Below, one piece after another: positions 56,478-64,000 of a stretch of DNA of 64,000 nucleotides. How positions within the stretch are numbered: position 1 is the first letter of the stretch; each line of letters starts with the position of its first letter. The notes below the pieces were generated by a model that saw only the letters and a list, made by a program, of their open reading frames with translations, did not search any database and had not been told where the DNA came from. The translations under genes and the position numbers were made by a program. This DNA comes from a virus: the IMG/VR virus record IMGVR_UViG_3300044542_000416, positions 2,022 to 66,021 of that record; one strand, written 5' to 3'.

Positions 56478-57302
56478 TTAACTACTGAAATCTGTAAATT
56501 CAGACAATTTCATTTGATTATTCGGTTCAAAGTTCATCCATAATATTTCTTTTTTCTTACTGCATACCTGTGAATATGATATTGTTTCTTCTCTGTGCCA
56601 ATTTTTTAATTTATCTCTGTAAAGCTCTGTATCATATCCGCTTATCAGCACAGGCCCTTTATGCCGCAATAGAACATCTAAAAGTTGTTCATGGTCTTTG
56701 TCTTTCATTTCGCACCGATATTGTTTCCCGTGTCTGGTCTGCAGCATATACGGAGGATCGCAATAAATAAGCACATTTGAATAATTAAATCTTTGTATCA
56801 AATCAATCGCCGGTTTGTTCTCTATCTGTACTCCTCTTAAACGTTCAGCCGCCTGTATGATTTTTTTGGGAAGATTACACCAATCCTGTGAAGCATAGGC
56901 TTTTTCTCTGCCTTGTATATCATTTTTCCAGCCGACTTTTTCACCGTTTGTTCTAAACCCATGTCCCATATTGCAGCGTATGTAAAATTGTATTGCTTTT
57001 TCAAACTTATCAGCCGGTACCGTTTTATAGCTGTCTTCATAAACTGCTCTGGCATACGGCGTATAATAAATATATCTGGCCAGCTTTTCCGGATCATTGC
57101 GGATACACTCAAACAGATTGATTACATTTCCGTCCAAATCATTTATTGTTTCTATGTCTGACCGCGGCTTATTAAACAATACGGCTCCGCTTCCGAAAAA
57201 CGGTTCCAAGTAGCTGTGGTGTTCTGGAAAAAAGTCTATTATCCATTGAGCTATACTCCATTTACTTCCTGGATATTTGATTACCGCTTTTATTTTTTTC
57301 AC
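56478..57302 (-). CDS. DNA adenine methyltransferase (D12/Dam class), orphan
   Basis: KYPGSK, EPFFGSGAV, INDLD, YCDPPY. Confidence 0.93.
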   Translation of the reverse strand: MKKIKAVIKYPGSKWSIAQWIIDFFPEHHSYLEPFFGSGAVLFNKPRSDIETINDLDGNVINLFECIRNDPEKLARYIYYTPYARAVYEDSYKTVPADKFEKAIQFYIRCNMGHGFRTNGEKVGWKNDIQGREKAYASQDWCNLPKKIIQAAERLRGVQIENKPAIDLIQRFNYSNVLIYCDPPYMLQTRHGKQYRCEMKDKDHEQLLDVLLRHKGPVLISGYDTELYRDKLKNWHREETISYSQVCSKKKEILWMNFEPNNQMKLSEFTDFSS

Positions 57303-57325
57303 CTTCTAATTCACTTTTCAAATAT

Positions 57326-57541
57326 TTATTCTTCACCTGCAAACCATTTCCGGCATTTCCTGACCGGATAAAAATACTTCTCTTTACGCAGTTTGTATTT
57401 TCTCTTCATCGCCTTATCAAATATATAAAACGGCATGCCATATCTGCGGTAAGATGCCAAACAGCTTGCATTTGATACATAAAATTCCTCGACCGCATCC
57501 ATACCCGTTACATACTCAATTCCGTCTTTAACAAATCTCAT
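57326..57541 (-). CDS. Hypothetical (winged-HTH-like) protein
   Basis: YRRYGMP...CRKWF pattern; RBS. Confidence 0.55.
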   Translation of the reverse strand: MRFVKDGIEYVTGMDAVEEFYVSNASCLASYRRYGMPFYIFDKAMKRKYKLRKEKYFYPVRKCRKWFAGEE

Positions 57542-57543
57542 GT

Positions 57544-57915
57544 TTAAGCCTCGCCTTCATCACCTGTTATAGTCACCTTTACACCCTGTTTTTTCTCATA
57601 CACAAACACGTCTTTAAAACCACTTATGTATTTATTCCCGTCGTCTTTTAAAATCCGGCTTTTCTGCAAAGCGTCAAGGATAAACTTTTTTGCAAAGCAC
57701 ACATTGTCCTTGTCCCGCCGTTTGTTTTTCTCGTGCCACTCAAAAGTTATAAATGCCGGCGGTGTAAACTCGCCCGTGCCGGACAGTGCTATTTCAAACA
57801 TAATCTTTTCTTCGGCGTCCTTTTTCATGCCTGCTGAAGCATATTTATTGCCCCTGCTTACTTTCGTATATTCATTAAGAGTCGGAAGGCCGCCCTCTAT
57901 CCAAAATTCAAACAT
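57544..57915 (-). CDS. rusA: RusA-like Holliday junction resolvase
   Basis: LPTLNEY, RRDKDN, KFILDALQ...LKDDG. Confidence 0.85.
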   Translation of the reverse strand: MFEFWIEGGLPTLNEYTKVSRGNKYASAGMKKDAEEKIMFEIALSGTGEFTPPAFITFEWHEKNKRRDKDNVCFAKKFILDALQKSRILKDDGNKYISGFKDVFVYEKKQGVKVTITGDEGEA

Positions 57916-57924
57916 CTTTGCCTC

Positions 57925-58779
57925 CTACATTTCCTCACGCACTTTTTTTTCAATTGCCGCATAATCATACTGCCTTTGGGAATAGCTGTTAAAACTGTTT
58001 TTCTTAGCTTTTTGTTCAGCTGTACCGGATAAACCCGCAGATTTTGAATAATTCCCCTCAAGGATTTTTATTGCGTTTGCCGGTTTTAATATCCAGTCAA
58101 AATCAGCCCTCCACCCTCGGTCATTGCTGCCGGTCAAAAAAGCACTTTGCTGTGCAGTATCCAAAAGTGTTTTCAGGTCCTCTTTGCTGTGTTTTTTCAA
58201 AAAGCTCCTTAAAGCCGTTTTGCGTCTTTCCGTTATTTCGCGCACAGCAGGAAAAGCAGTGCACTGAGTATTAAAATACTGCCGTATACGCTCATAATCC
58301 ATTTTCGGCCTCTCGCTTTTGGGCGTATCATCGTCGGTTTCCGGCGGTAATTCCTTTGTATTCCTTATATCGTTTTGTTTAGTTTTGTTTTGTTTACTAA
58401 TGGTATCATTTGCAGTATCACTTGCAGTATTGTTTGCAGTATCATCTGTAGTATCATTTGTAGTATCATTTGCAGTATCATCTGTAGTATGAAAATCACA
58501 CTGCAGCAGTGAATTTATGTGATATATGGCCGCTTGGTTTCCCCGCTTTTGAAAATCTATGAGCCCTTTGTCCTTCAGCATATTCCTTGCTCTTAAAACA
58601 GCCTGCTTGTTCAGGCCGGTTTTGACTTCGAGCACCACAACAGCTACCGTAAAGTTATCCTGCCACTTCGATTTATTCGCTATGTGCATTAATGCATGCC
58701 ACAGGGCAATTCCCGACGTAGGTAGTTGGTTCACTTCGAGCCAGTCATAAAATGCTTTAATCTCCAGCAAGTAATTCAT
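57925..58779 (-). CDS. Replication initiator / replisome organiser
   Basis: N-terminal HTH (IALWHALM...ARNMLKDKGLI), iteron-coded linker, WRADFDWILKP...KILEGNY. Confidence 0.88.
   Translation of the reverse strand: MNYLLEIKAFYDWLEVNQLPTSGIALWHALMHIANKSKWQDNFTVAVVVLEVKTGLNKQAVLRARNMLKDKGLIDFQKRGNQAAIYHINSLLQCDFHTTDDTANDTTNDTTDDTANNTASDTANDTISKQNKTKQNDIRNTKELPPETDDDTPKSERPKMDYERIRQYFNTQCTAFPAVREITERRKTALRSFLKKHSKEDLKTLLDTAQQSAFLTGSNDRGWRADFDWILKPANAIKILEGNYSKSAGLSGTAEQKAKKNSFNSYSQRQYDYAAIEKKVREEM
58403..58490. repeat. Seven tandem 12-bp iterons (GTATCATTTGCA consensus), putative origin of prophage 2
   Basis: Direct tandem repeats inside the initiator gene next to an AT-rich tract. Confidence 0.8.
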
Positions 58780-58852
58780 TTAATCACCTTTTTCGTATAC
58801 CTATGTAATATATCTGCTGCCCGTTTTAACCGCAGGCAGCAAGTTATTTATA

Positions 58853-59374
58853 TCAGAATGGCAAGTCGTCATCTTCCAAGTCTTCACCAATAGGATAAAA
58901 ACCGTCTGAAGTTTTGCCTTTCAGCTGCTTAAGCTTTGCCACTTGAAAATTGCCTTTTTTAATGTCGTCGGCTGTTTTAAAAGCTGATACATAAAGCCTT
59001 GTTTTAAGACTGCCGTCTTTGCCGACATATTCTTCTTCAGACAAAACAATACCTATATAGGCATTTACAAAATATGAAGGATCATTGCTGAACTTAAAGT
59101 TTTTGTTTGTGCCCTCAAAAGCAACAAGCATGGTTTTAAAAAACGGCTGTGCTTTCTCTTTATAGCTTCTTATAAACCTGCCGCCCCAAAATCCGACATG
59201 GTCATAAAGCTCTCTGAAATATCCCTTATACTCTCCGTAGACAATGTCATACTCAAACTTTATATATTCCTTTTGAGCGTTGTCCTCTGATGATTTTATC
59301 TGTACTATGTAACCGCCTGCCGGCAGCCTGTTCTCGCTTGCAGGTTTTACGTTGTCCCAATTTATGTTAATCAT
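58853..59374 (-). CDS. ssDNA-binding protein (DUF669-like)
   Basis: LPAGGYIV start; acidic DDDLPF C-terminus. Confidence 0.8.
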   Translation of the reverse strand: MININWDNVKPASENRLPAGGYIVQIKSSEDNAQKEYIKFEYDIVYGEYKGYFRELYDHVGFWGGRFIRSYKEKAQPFFKTMLVAFEGTNKNFKFSNDPSYFVNAYIGIVLSEEEYVGKDGSLKTRLYVSAFKTADDIKKGNFQVAKLKQLKGKTSDGFYPIGEDLEDDDLPF

Positions 59375-59390
59375 TTGCTTGTCCTCCTGT

Positions 59391-60032
59391 TTAATACTCT
59401 TCAAGTGCTTTTACAACCTGAACTATGTCGTTATCAATCTCAAAACTTTCAAAAGCTCCCATAGGACTTTTTGCGGTACTGTTGTTTGCCTGCGTTTCCA
59501 AAATGTATCTGTTGCCTGACTTTTTGCTTAAAAGCACCGTTGTAAACTTGCTTTCAAGACAAATCTTGTTAAGCTTTTTCCCGTTTGTCTTGATACGTGT
59601 AAACATATATCCGCTGTCATCCATATCAGTCTGCGTGTGAGCTGTAAAAATGATTGTCAAATCATCTCTGCAGGCATTGGCATAAACTATTAAGCCATAC
59701 ACAGACTGCGCCAAGTCCTGCCATTTGTCATAACCTTTTTCTTTTATACGTCTCATTTCATCATCAATCATTATTCCGTTTAAAGTATCAATTACAACAT
59801 ATTTAAACAATGTTTGTGTCTCGTTTATTCTTTTTAAAGCACTGCGAATCTTTTCCGTGTTTGATGTGCGGACATAATTTTTGTTCGCTTTATTGTACTG
59901 ACTGCGCCAACCTTTCCAGCTTAAACCTTTGCCGTCACAATCTATGTAAAATGTTTCAGACGGGTTCAGATTGCGCATTGCCGTTGTTTTTCCGCTGCCG
60001 CTCTCGCCCATAATACATATAACCTTTGCCAT
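59391..60032 (-). CDS. AAA ATPase / Sak4-like recombinase
   Basis: GESGSGKT, VVIDT, AKSPMG. Confidence 0.88.
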   Translation of the reverse strand: MAKVICIMGESGSGKTTAMRNLNPSETFYIDCDGKGLSWKGWRSQYNKANKNYVRTSNTEKIRSALKRINETQTLFKYVVIDTLNGIMIDDEMRRIKEKGYDKWQDLAQSVYGLIVYANACRDDLTIIFTAHTQTDMDDSGYMFTRIKTNGKKLNKICLESKFTTVLLSKKSGNRYILETQANNSTAKSPMGAFESFEIDNDIVQVVKALEEY

Positions 60033-60036
60033 GCTG

Positions 60037-60525
60037 TCACCTGATTCTTAAACTCTTGCCTTGCACTAACTGCGCAAAGTCTAATTGTGTGCCTTCCTTT
60101 AAGGCATTTTTAATGCTTTCCGTGTCTGCCTTAGGCGGCTGCGGTATTAAATACCGTTCAGGTATTTTTTTACCATTTATAAGCTGTACGGCAGGAGGAT
60201 TTTTTTGAATTGTAAAACTGAATAAATCCGTTTTTATCTTTGTTTTTTCCATGGCTTCCATTGAATTAAATATGTTCCCTTTGAGCCATTTAACACGGTT
60301 TTCAAGAGTTTTTCTGCGGCTGCTCAGCCTTGTTTCTTCTTCCTTTAACCCATTGATATCGGCAGATATGTTCTTGATTATCTTGCCGTACCCGTCAGCC
60401 TTTTCAGACAGTTCACACTCTATGCACTGTAAGGTATTTTCAAGAGTGTCAAGGTCAATGTCGTCATTTTCAAGGTATTCAAATACGTTATTAAAATCAG
60501 CTGTCAGTTCGTAAAGTTTAGCCAT
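60037..60525 (-). CDS. Siphovirus Gp157 family protein
   Basis: KLYELT...KIKTDLFSFTIQKNPPAV...SLRIR. Confidence 0.92.
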   Translation of the reverse strand: MAKLYELTADFNNVFEYLENDDIDLDTLENTLQCIECELSEKADGYGKIIKNISADINGLKEEETRLSSRRKTLENRVKWLKGNIFNSMEAMEKTKIKTDLFSFTIQKNPPAVQLINGKKIPERYLIPQPPKADTESIKNALKEGTQLDFAQLVQGKSLRIR

Positions 60526-60543
60526 TTTATTTTTTCCTCCTTT

Positions 60544-60613
60544 GTGCTATACTAAATTTGAATGTTTTACTGTGCCGCTTTTGGGATTGCCGTCCCTAAG
60601 CGGCTGTTTTTTA
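60544..60613 (+). ncRNA. Putative small antisense RNA unit, copy 2
   Basis: Extended -10 TGCTATACT, then the hairpin identical to 27464-27502 plus T-tract. Confidence 0.55.
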
Positions 60614-60826
60614 TAAACAATATTTTGTAATATTATCTATACACCCTTGTGCAATGGCTTTTTTCGTACACTTAATCTCGCCACCGTCTTCATACTCTAA
60701 GCCATTTATGCAACCTATCAAAGCGCCAACAATAGCACTAACTACGTCTATAGCCTCCCCTTTGGTTCTTATATTTGCCTTTCCATTGTTGTTGCATTTT
60801 ATAGATACCTTCACACGCTTTTTCAT
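60611..60826 (-). CDS. Hypothetical protein
   Basis: GGAGGGGTGA RBS. Confidence 0.65.
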   Translation of the reverse strand: MKKRVKVSIKCNNNGKANIRTKGEAIDVVSAIVGALIGCINGLEYEDGGEIKCTKKAIAQGCIDNITKYCL

Positions 60827-60859
60827 TTTTTCACCCCTCCGGTAATTTGCCTTGGTATC

Positions 60860-61603
60860 TCATAAAGCAATAACAACAGAATTATTTTCAATTTCTGACT
60901 CAAACTTATCATCAAGATAAGCCTTTATGGTCTTGCGTGCTGTTAATTTCCACATTCCGCCGTCTGCCTCAACAAAATTAATTCCGCGCTCGTTTATTCG
61001 TATTAAGAATTCACTTTCAGGCTGTTCAACTTCCTGAAATGTTCTGTATGGTTTCAGCTTTACAATAGGTTTAATTGCGTCATTACTCTGTAATGCAATG
61101 CCTTTTTTTGTTACAACACTTGTTGCCAACCCGTTATCGTTGTATGTTACCTGTGCCCCTGTTGTAATATCAGACAGCAATTTTAAGGCATATATTGTAT
61201 CTGCCGTATCCTGAAAACGAGTTCTTAATGCAATCATGGCCTGTTCAAAGCTTAACTGCGTACTCGGTTCCCAACCCGGTACGTCTGTCGCTTTTGCAAT
61301 ATAATATGTAGGTCTTATACAATGCCCCGAGTGCTCAAAAGGCTGTGTAAAACACTCTACTTTCTCATGTGTTGGTACTGTTATATAAAGAGGTGTAACG
61401 TCACTGTATTTTGGTATACCTTCCGTTTTTACCATTTTTATAAGAGCATCAAGACTGTTTAAATTCAGAACATCAGGAAATATAACATCAGGAAATATTT
61501 CGCTGTATTTTCCGTCGTTTGTTACTACAAATAAATGTCCGTCAATCTCTTTCAATGTTGGTGCTGCCATTGCTTCAATTTTTTCGATTGCTTCTTTAAT
61601 CAT
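60860..61603 (-). CDS. Conserved hypothetical phage protein
   Basis: LKPYRTFQEVEQPESEFLIR...EADGGMWK; usual partner of the upstream gene. Confidence 0.8.
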   Translation of the reverse strand: MIKEAIEKIEAMAAPTLKEIDGHLFVVTNDGKYSEIFPDVIFPDVLNLNSLDALIKMVKTEGIPKYSDVTPLYITVPTHEKVECFTQPFEHSGHCIRPTYYIAKATDVPGWEPSTQLSFEQAMIALRTRFQDTADTIYALKLLSDITTGAQVTYNDNGLATSVVTKKGIALQSNDAIKPIVKLKPYRTFQEVEQPESEFLIRINERGINFVEADGGMWKLTARKTIKAYLDDKFESEIENNSVVIAL

Positions 61604-61629
61604 TTTTATTTCCTCCTTAGAATTTATAA

Positions 61630-61998
61630 TTAACAAGATTTAACTAACTTAAGTGTTACTGGCTGGTCTTGTTCCTCACCATACAAATTCATTTGACCGG
61701 GTATTTGCGGCACCATTTCAACTACTTGAACATCGCTGTTCGAGTCAGAACCTGCAATATACAAATTCGTGCGTACAGGATTAGTAGACGCAAGCGCGCT
61801 CTTTGCGGTAAACTTAACACTTACATTGCTGCGTGAATCATCCGGCGCAAGCTCCATTGTAATAGTCAATTTGCGCTTGTCTGTGGCCTTTGTGTTTGGA
61901 TCCATGATGTTGTCAATAATCCTGCTCATTTCGTAATCGGCACGCTCTATAAAAGCACCGTGCGCCATTTCAAGAATGGATTTTTTTAGATCTTCCAT
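61630..61998 (-). CDS. Conserved phage protein (often annotated replication terminator)
   Basis: GAFIER...NIMDPNTKATDKRKLTI...IPGQ. Confidence 0.78.
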   Translation of the reverse strand: MEDLKKSILEMAHGAFIERADYEMSRIIDNIMDPNTKATDKRKLTITMELAPDDSRSNVSVKFTAKSALASTNPVRTNLYIAGSDSNSDVQVVEMVPQIPGQMNLYGEEQDQPVTLKLVKSC

Positions 61999-62000
61999 TT

Positions 62001-62237
62001 TTATTTCTCCTCCTTAATAAAATTAATTATTTCTTTGTTCATGGCCTTTGTTAAAGACCCATAATCATAACCTTTGCTGTACCCTTCATCATAGCCTTTA
62101 TAGTATTGGCGATATTTTTCATATTCGTTTTCTTGGCTCTGCTGTTTTATTTTGTCTCTTAATTTGTCGTTTTTGTAATCTGCATAAAGCCAGCCGAGAA
62201 TTGCTGTGCCAAACAAGATTGTTAATACAGGTATCAT
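62001..62237 (-). CDS. Membrane-anchored hypothetical protein with GYxxG repeats
   Basis: N-terminal TM; KGYDEGYSKGYDYG. Confidence 0.65.
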   Translation of the reverse strand: MIPVLTILFGTAILGWLYADYKNDKLRDKIKQQSQENEYEKYRQYYKGYDEGYSKGYDYGSLTKAMNKEIINFIKEEK

Positions 62238-62239
62238 GC

Positions 62240-62461
62240 TTATCCCTCCTCTGACAGATATGCTTCAATCTTTTTTGCAGTAGCCTTTCCAATACCTTTT
62301 ATTTTGCCCTCCTTTACTGCGTAAATAACTCCGGCCGCACCGTCTGTAATGCCGACTTTATACGCCTTAGTGCATAAGCCCTGACAGAATTCACTCATTT
62401 GGCCATGGTCCATTTTTTTAACCTGCTTGTATCTGTCTCTATTCAAAACAAACGCTTTCAT
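62240..62461 (-). CDS. Hypothetical protein with HhH motif
   Basis: YKQVKKMDH...IKGIGKATAKKI; ATG 62461. Confidence 0.7.
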   Translation of the reverse strand: MKAFVLNRDRYKQVKKMDHGQMSEFCQGLCTKAYKVGITDGAAGVIYAVKEGKIKGIGKATAKKIEAYLSEEG

Positions 62462-62474
62462 TTTCCCACCTCTC

Positions 62475-62714
62475 TTAATGAGGTCCTTTTTGTATGTTTC
62501 GTAAAGCTTGAGAAAAATTTGAAACCGCTTCATCAAGCTTTATAGGCTTAATTTCTGGATAATCATAGTCAGGCAAATCATTGTCATAGTAACTAAGTGT
62601 TACACTTGCAGCTTTCGTAAGAGCTCTCAACTCTTCAGGAGTTGCATTTTCCTTGTTTGCGGTCCTGACAATTAAATCCGTCAAAGCATTTAAAATCTTT
62701 TCTTTGTTTTCCAT
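62475..62714 (-). CDS. Hypothetical protein
   Basis: AAGGAGG RBS. Confidence 0.7.
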   Translation of the reverse strand: MENKEKILNALTDLIVRTANKENATPEELRALTKAASVTLSYYDNDLPDYDYPEIKPIKLDEAVSNFSQALRNIQKGPH

Positions 62715-62928
62715 TTTTGTGCCTCCTTGAATACTTTAGTCTTGTGAACCAGTACCATAACAAATCCTTAATTGTGCTGGTCCGTACTTTTGAAATAGGA
62801 CATTCGGCAAACATAGGATACTTGCCTCCTAAATCCTTTAATAGCCGGATTTTTTTAATTCCAAAGAGCCCTGTTTCAATTTCAATAACATACTTGCCGG
62901 ATGAAACGGAAAAGTCTATACAAGTCGT
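62635..62928 (-). pseudogene. ORF with ACG start (non-canonical start or start-codon mutant), 97 codons
   Basis: AAGGAGG-8 nt-ACG; frame open to TGA at 62635. Confidence 0.4.
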
Positions 62929-62971
62929 TTTTCTCGCCTCCTTCGTTTATGCAAGCAGAACACTGAAATAA

Positions 62972-63148
62972 TCAGTTTGTTACTGCATACTTTTTTATGA
63001 AGCTTTCAACAGAGCTTTCAGGTATGTACATCTTCTTTGTGCTGTAAACCAGATATGTTAATTTTCCGGACTTGCAAAGATTCCGCACAGTCTGTGGAGA
63101 TGTGGAAAGCAGTTCTGCAACTTCTTTTACGGTCAATAGCTGTGCCAT
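62972..63148 (-). CDS. Excisionase-like HTH protein (58 aa)
   Basis: Not in ORF track; MAQLLTVKEVAELLSTSPQTVRNLCKSGKL. Confidence 0.85.
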   Translation of the reverse strand: MAQLLTVKEVAELLSTSPQTVRNLCKSGKLTYLVYSTKKMYIPESSVESFIKKYAVTN

Positions 63149-63165
63149 ATTAGCATCATCCTTCC

Positions 63166-63375
63166 TTAGCTCGCTTTGTCCGGCTTAAAGAAATCTTCCG
63201 GAGGTGTTTTTAAAAATTTACAAATTAATAAAAATTCATCGGCTCTTAATTTCCTCTTGCCACTTATGGAATTATGTAAAACGTTCCGTGAGAGCCCCGT
63301 GTGTCTTGCAATAGTGGAAACTGTTATTCCTTGCTCTTTTATGTAATTAGCTATTTCTTTTGTAACGTTAGGCAT
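63166..63375 (-). CDS. Cro-like XRE HTH protein
   Basis: YIKEQGITVSTIARHTGL...KRKLRADEFLLICKFL; ATG 63375. Confidence 0.88.
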   Translation of the reverse strand: MPNVTKEIANYIKEQGITVSTIARHTGLSRNVLHNSISGKRKLRADEFLLICKFLKTPPEDFFKPDKAS

Positions 63376-63394
63376 TATATATCTTCCTTCCTTT

Positions 63395-63519
63395 GTCGCT
63401 ATTTTAGCTACTAAATAAATTATATTCTTTGTTTTAGCGAATGTCAATATCATTTTGAAAAATATTTTCGTCAAATTAGCGAAAAAAACATTGACTTGCT
63501 TTGCAATGCAATTTATAAT
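63395..63519. promoter_or_regulatory. Divergent cro/cI switch with three 17-bp operators
   Basis: Leftward TTGACA-17-TATAAT (63447-63419); rightward TTGACT-17-TATAAT (63491-63519); operators at 63395, 63425, 63467 approximating TTCGCTAWWWTAGCGAA. Confidence 0.8.
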
Positions 63520-63550
63520 TAACTTATAGAAAAATTAAGGAGATACCAAA

Positions 63551-64000
63551 ATGACAAAAGGTGATATCGCAAAACTTTTAAAGGATAGCAGGATTAAAGC
63601 AGGTTTTGAAGCTAAAGAAGTAGCTGAAAAACTAATTGAATTAGGCGCTATCAAAAGCGTTAAATCATTTTATAATTGGGAGAGTGGAAGAACTCAGCCT
63701 GACGCAGACACATTTATGTACCTTTGCAACCTTTACAAGATAAAGAATGTCCTCGAAACATTCGGCTATAAAGGTTTTGATGACGTGCAAGAAGTATCCA
63801 ACGCCTACGAAAAAGCGGACATAAAGACTAAAAATATAGTTCGTTACGCTCTTGGTTTGCCAACATTAGATGAAGAAGAACCAAAAGTTAAACTTGCAGC
63901 ACGAGGCGGATATATAGAGCTGACTGAAGATGAAGCAAAAGACTTAGCTGAAAGCGCTAAAAAAGCTCCTGATGAATCAGGAAATAAAGATTTGTTCTAA
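63551..64000 (+). CDS. CI-like XRE repressor of prophage 2
   Basis: LKDSRIKAG...YNWESGRTQPDADTF; AARGG motif; divergent from cro. Confidence 0.88.
   Translation: MTKGDIAKLLKDSRIKAGFEAKEVAEKLIELGAIKSVKSFYNWESGRTQPDADTFMYLCNLYKIKNVLETFGYKGFDDVQEVSNAYEKADIKTKNIVRYALGLPTLDEEEPKVKLAARGGYIELTEDEAKDLAESAKKAPDESGNKDLF

Larger units (their letters stand above)
32011..64000 (-). mobile_element. Prophage 2 (temperate, PBSX-like contractile tail, SPP1-type head), right part outside window
   Basis: Accessory-lysis-tail-head-terminase-replication-cro/cI order; integrase not reached. Confidence 0.95.

Noticed and set aside
61647-61659. 13-bp match (ACTTAAGTGTTAC) to the att core
   Set aside because: Inside an intact CDS encoding VTLK, with no arm repeats or module break; probably coincidence
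900-62971. Many plus-strand ORFs antisense to structural and replication genes
   Set aside because: Shadow frames of real minus-strand genes, lacking RBS or recognisable motifs
1-64000. Tailocin/PBSX-like defective elements, or a duplicated single phage
   Set aside because: Both elements have full head, terminase and replication modules, and these are of different types
1-64000. tRNA or rRNA genes, IS elements, introns
   Set aside because: None recognised by eye; intergenic gaps are short and otherwise explained. A tRNAscan/Infernal run would be needed to exclude them formally

Overview
The whole window is phage DNA from a low-GC Firmicute (Clostridia-like); no host gene is visible. Two different temperate contractile-tailed (PBSX/Xkd-type) prophages lie head-to-tail, with nearly all genes on the minus strand. 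Prophage 1 (1 to ~32.0 kb, left end beyond the window) has an HK97-type head (HNH/TerS/TerL/portal/ClpP/capsid), a PolA-SSB-DUF2800-VapE-SNF2 replication module, an ImmR/ImmA-type switch and a tyrosine integrase. Prophage 2 (~32.0 kb to beyond 64 kb) has a GH25 lysis module, an SPP1-type portal with PBSX-type terminase, a Gp157/Sak4/SSB/initiator replication module and a cro/cI switch. Most interesting: (i) an acr-aca-like candidate anti-defence locus at 32.2-33.7 kb, where two unknown genes have duplicated consensus promoters with the same 21-bp palindrome and flank an unannotated 55-aa HTH gene; (ii) a complete attP-like junction between the phages, whose core reads like the 3' end of rplL; (iii) a MuF head protein with a C-terminal metallopeptidase-like toxin, a putative immunity gene and an internal promoter; (iv) non-coding elements shared by the two phages (an identical 39-bp hairpin/antisense unit, a 34-bp linker and a late-leader RNA); (v) -1 frameshift tail chaperones and tail-operon morons in both. 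Product calls come from motif recognition and gene order, not database searches.
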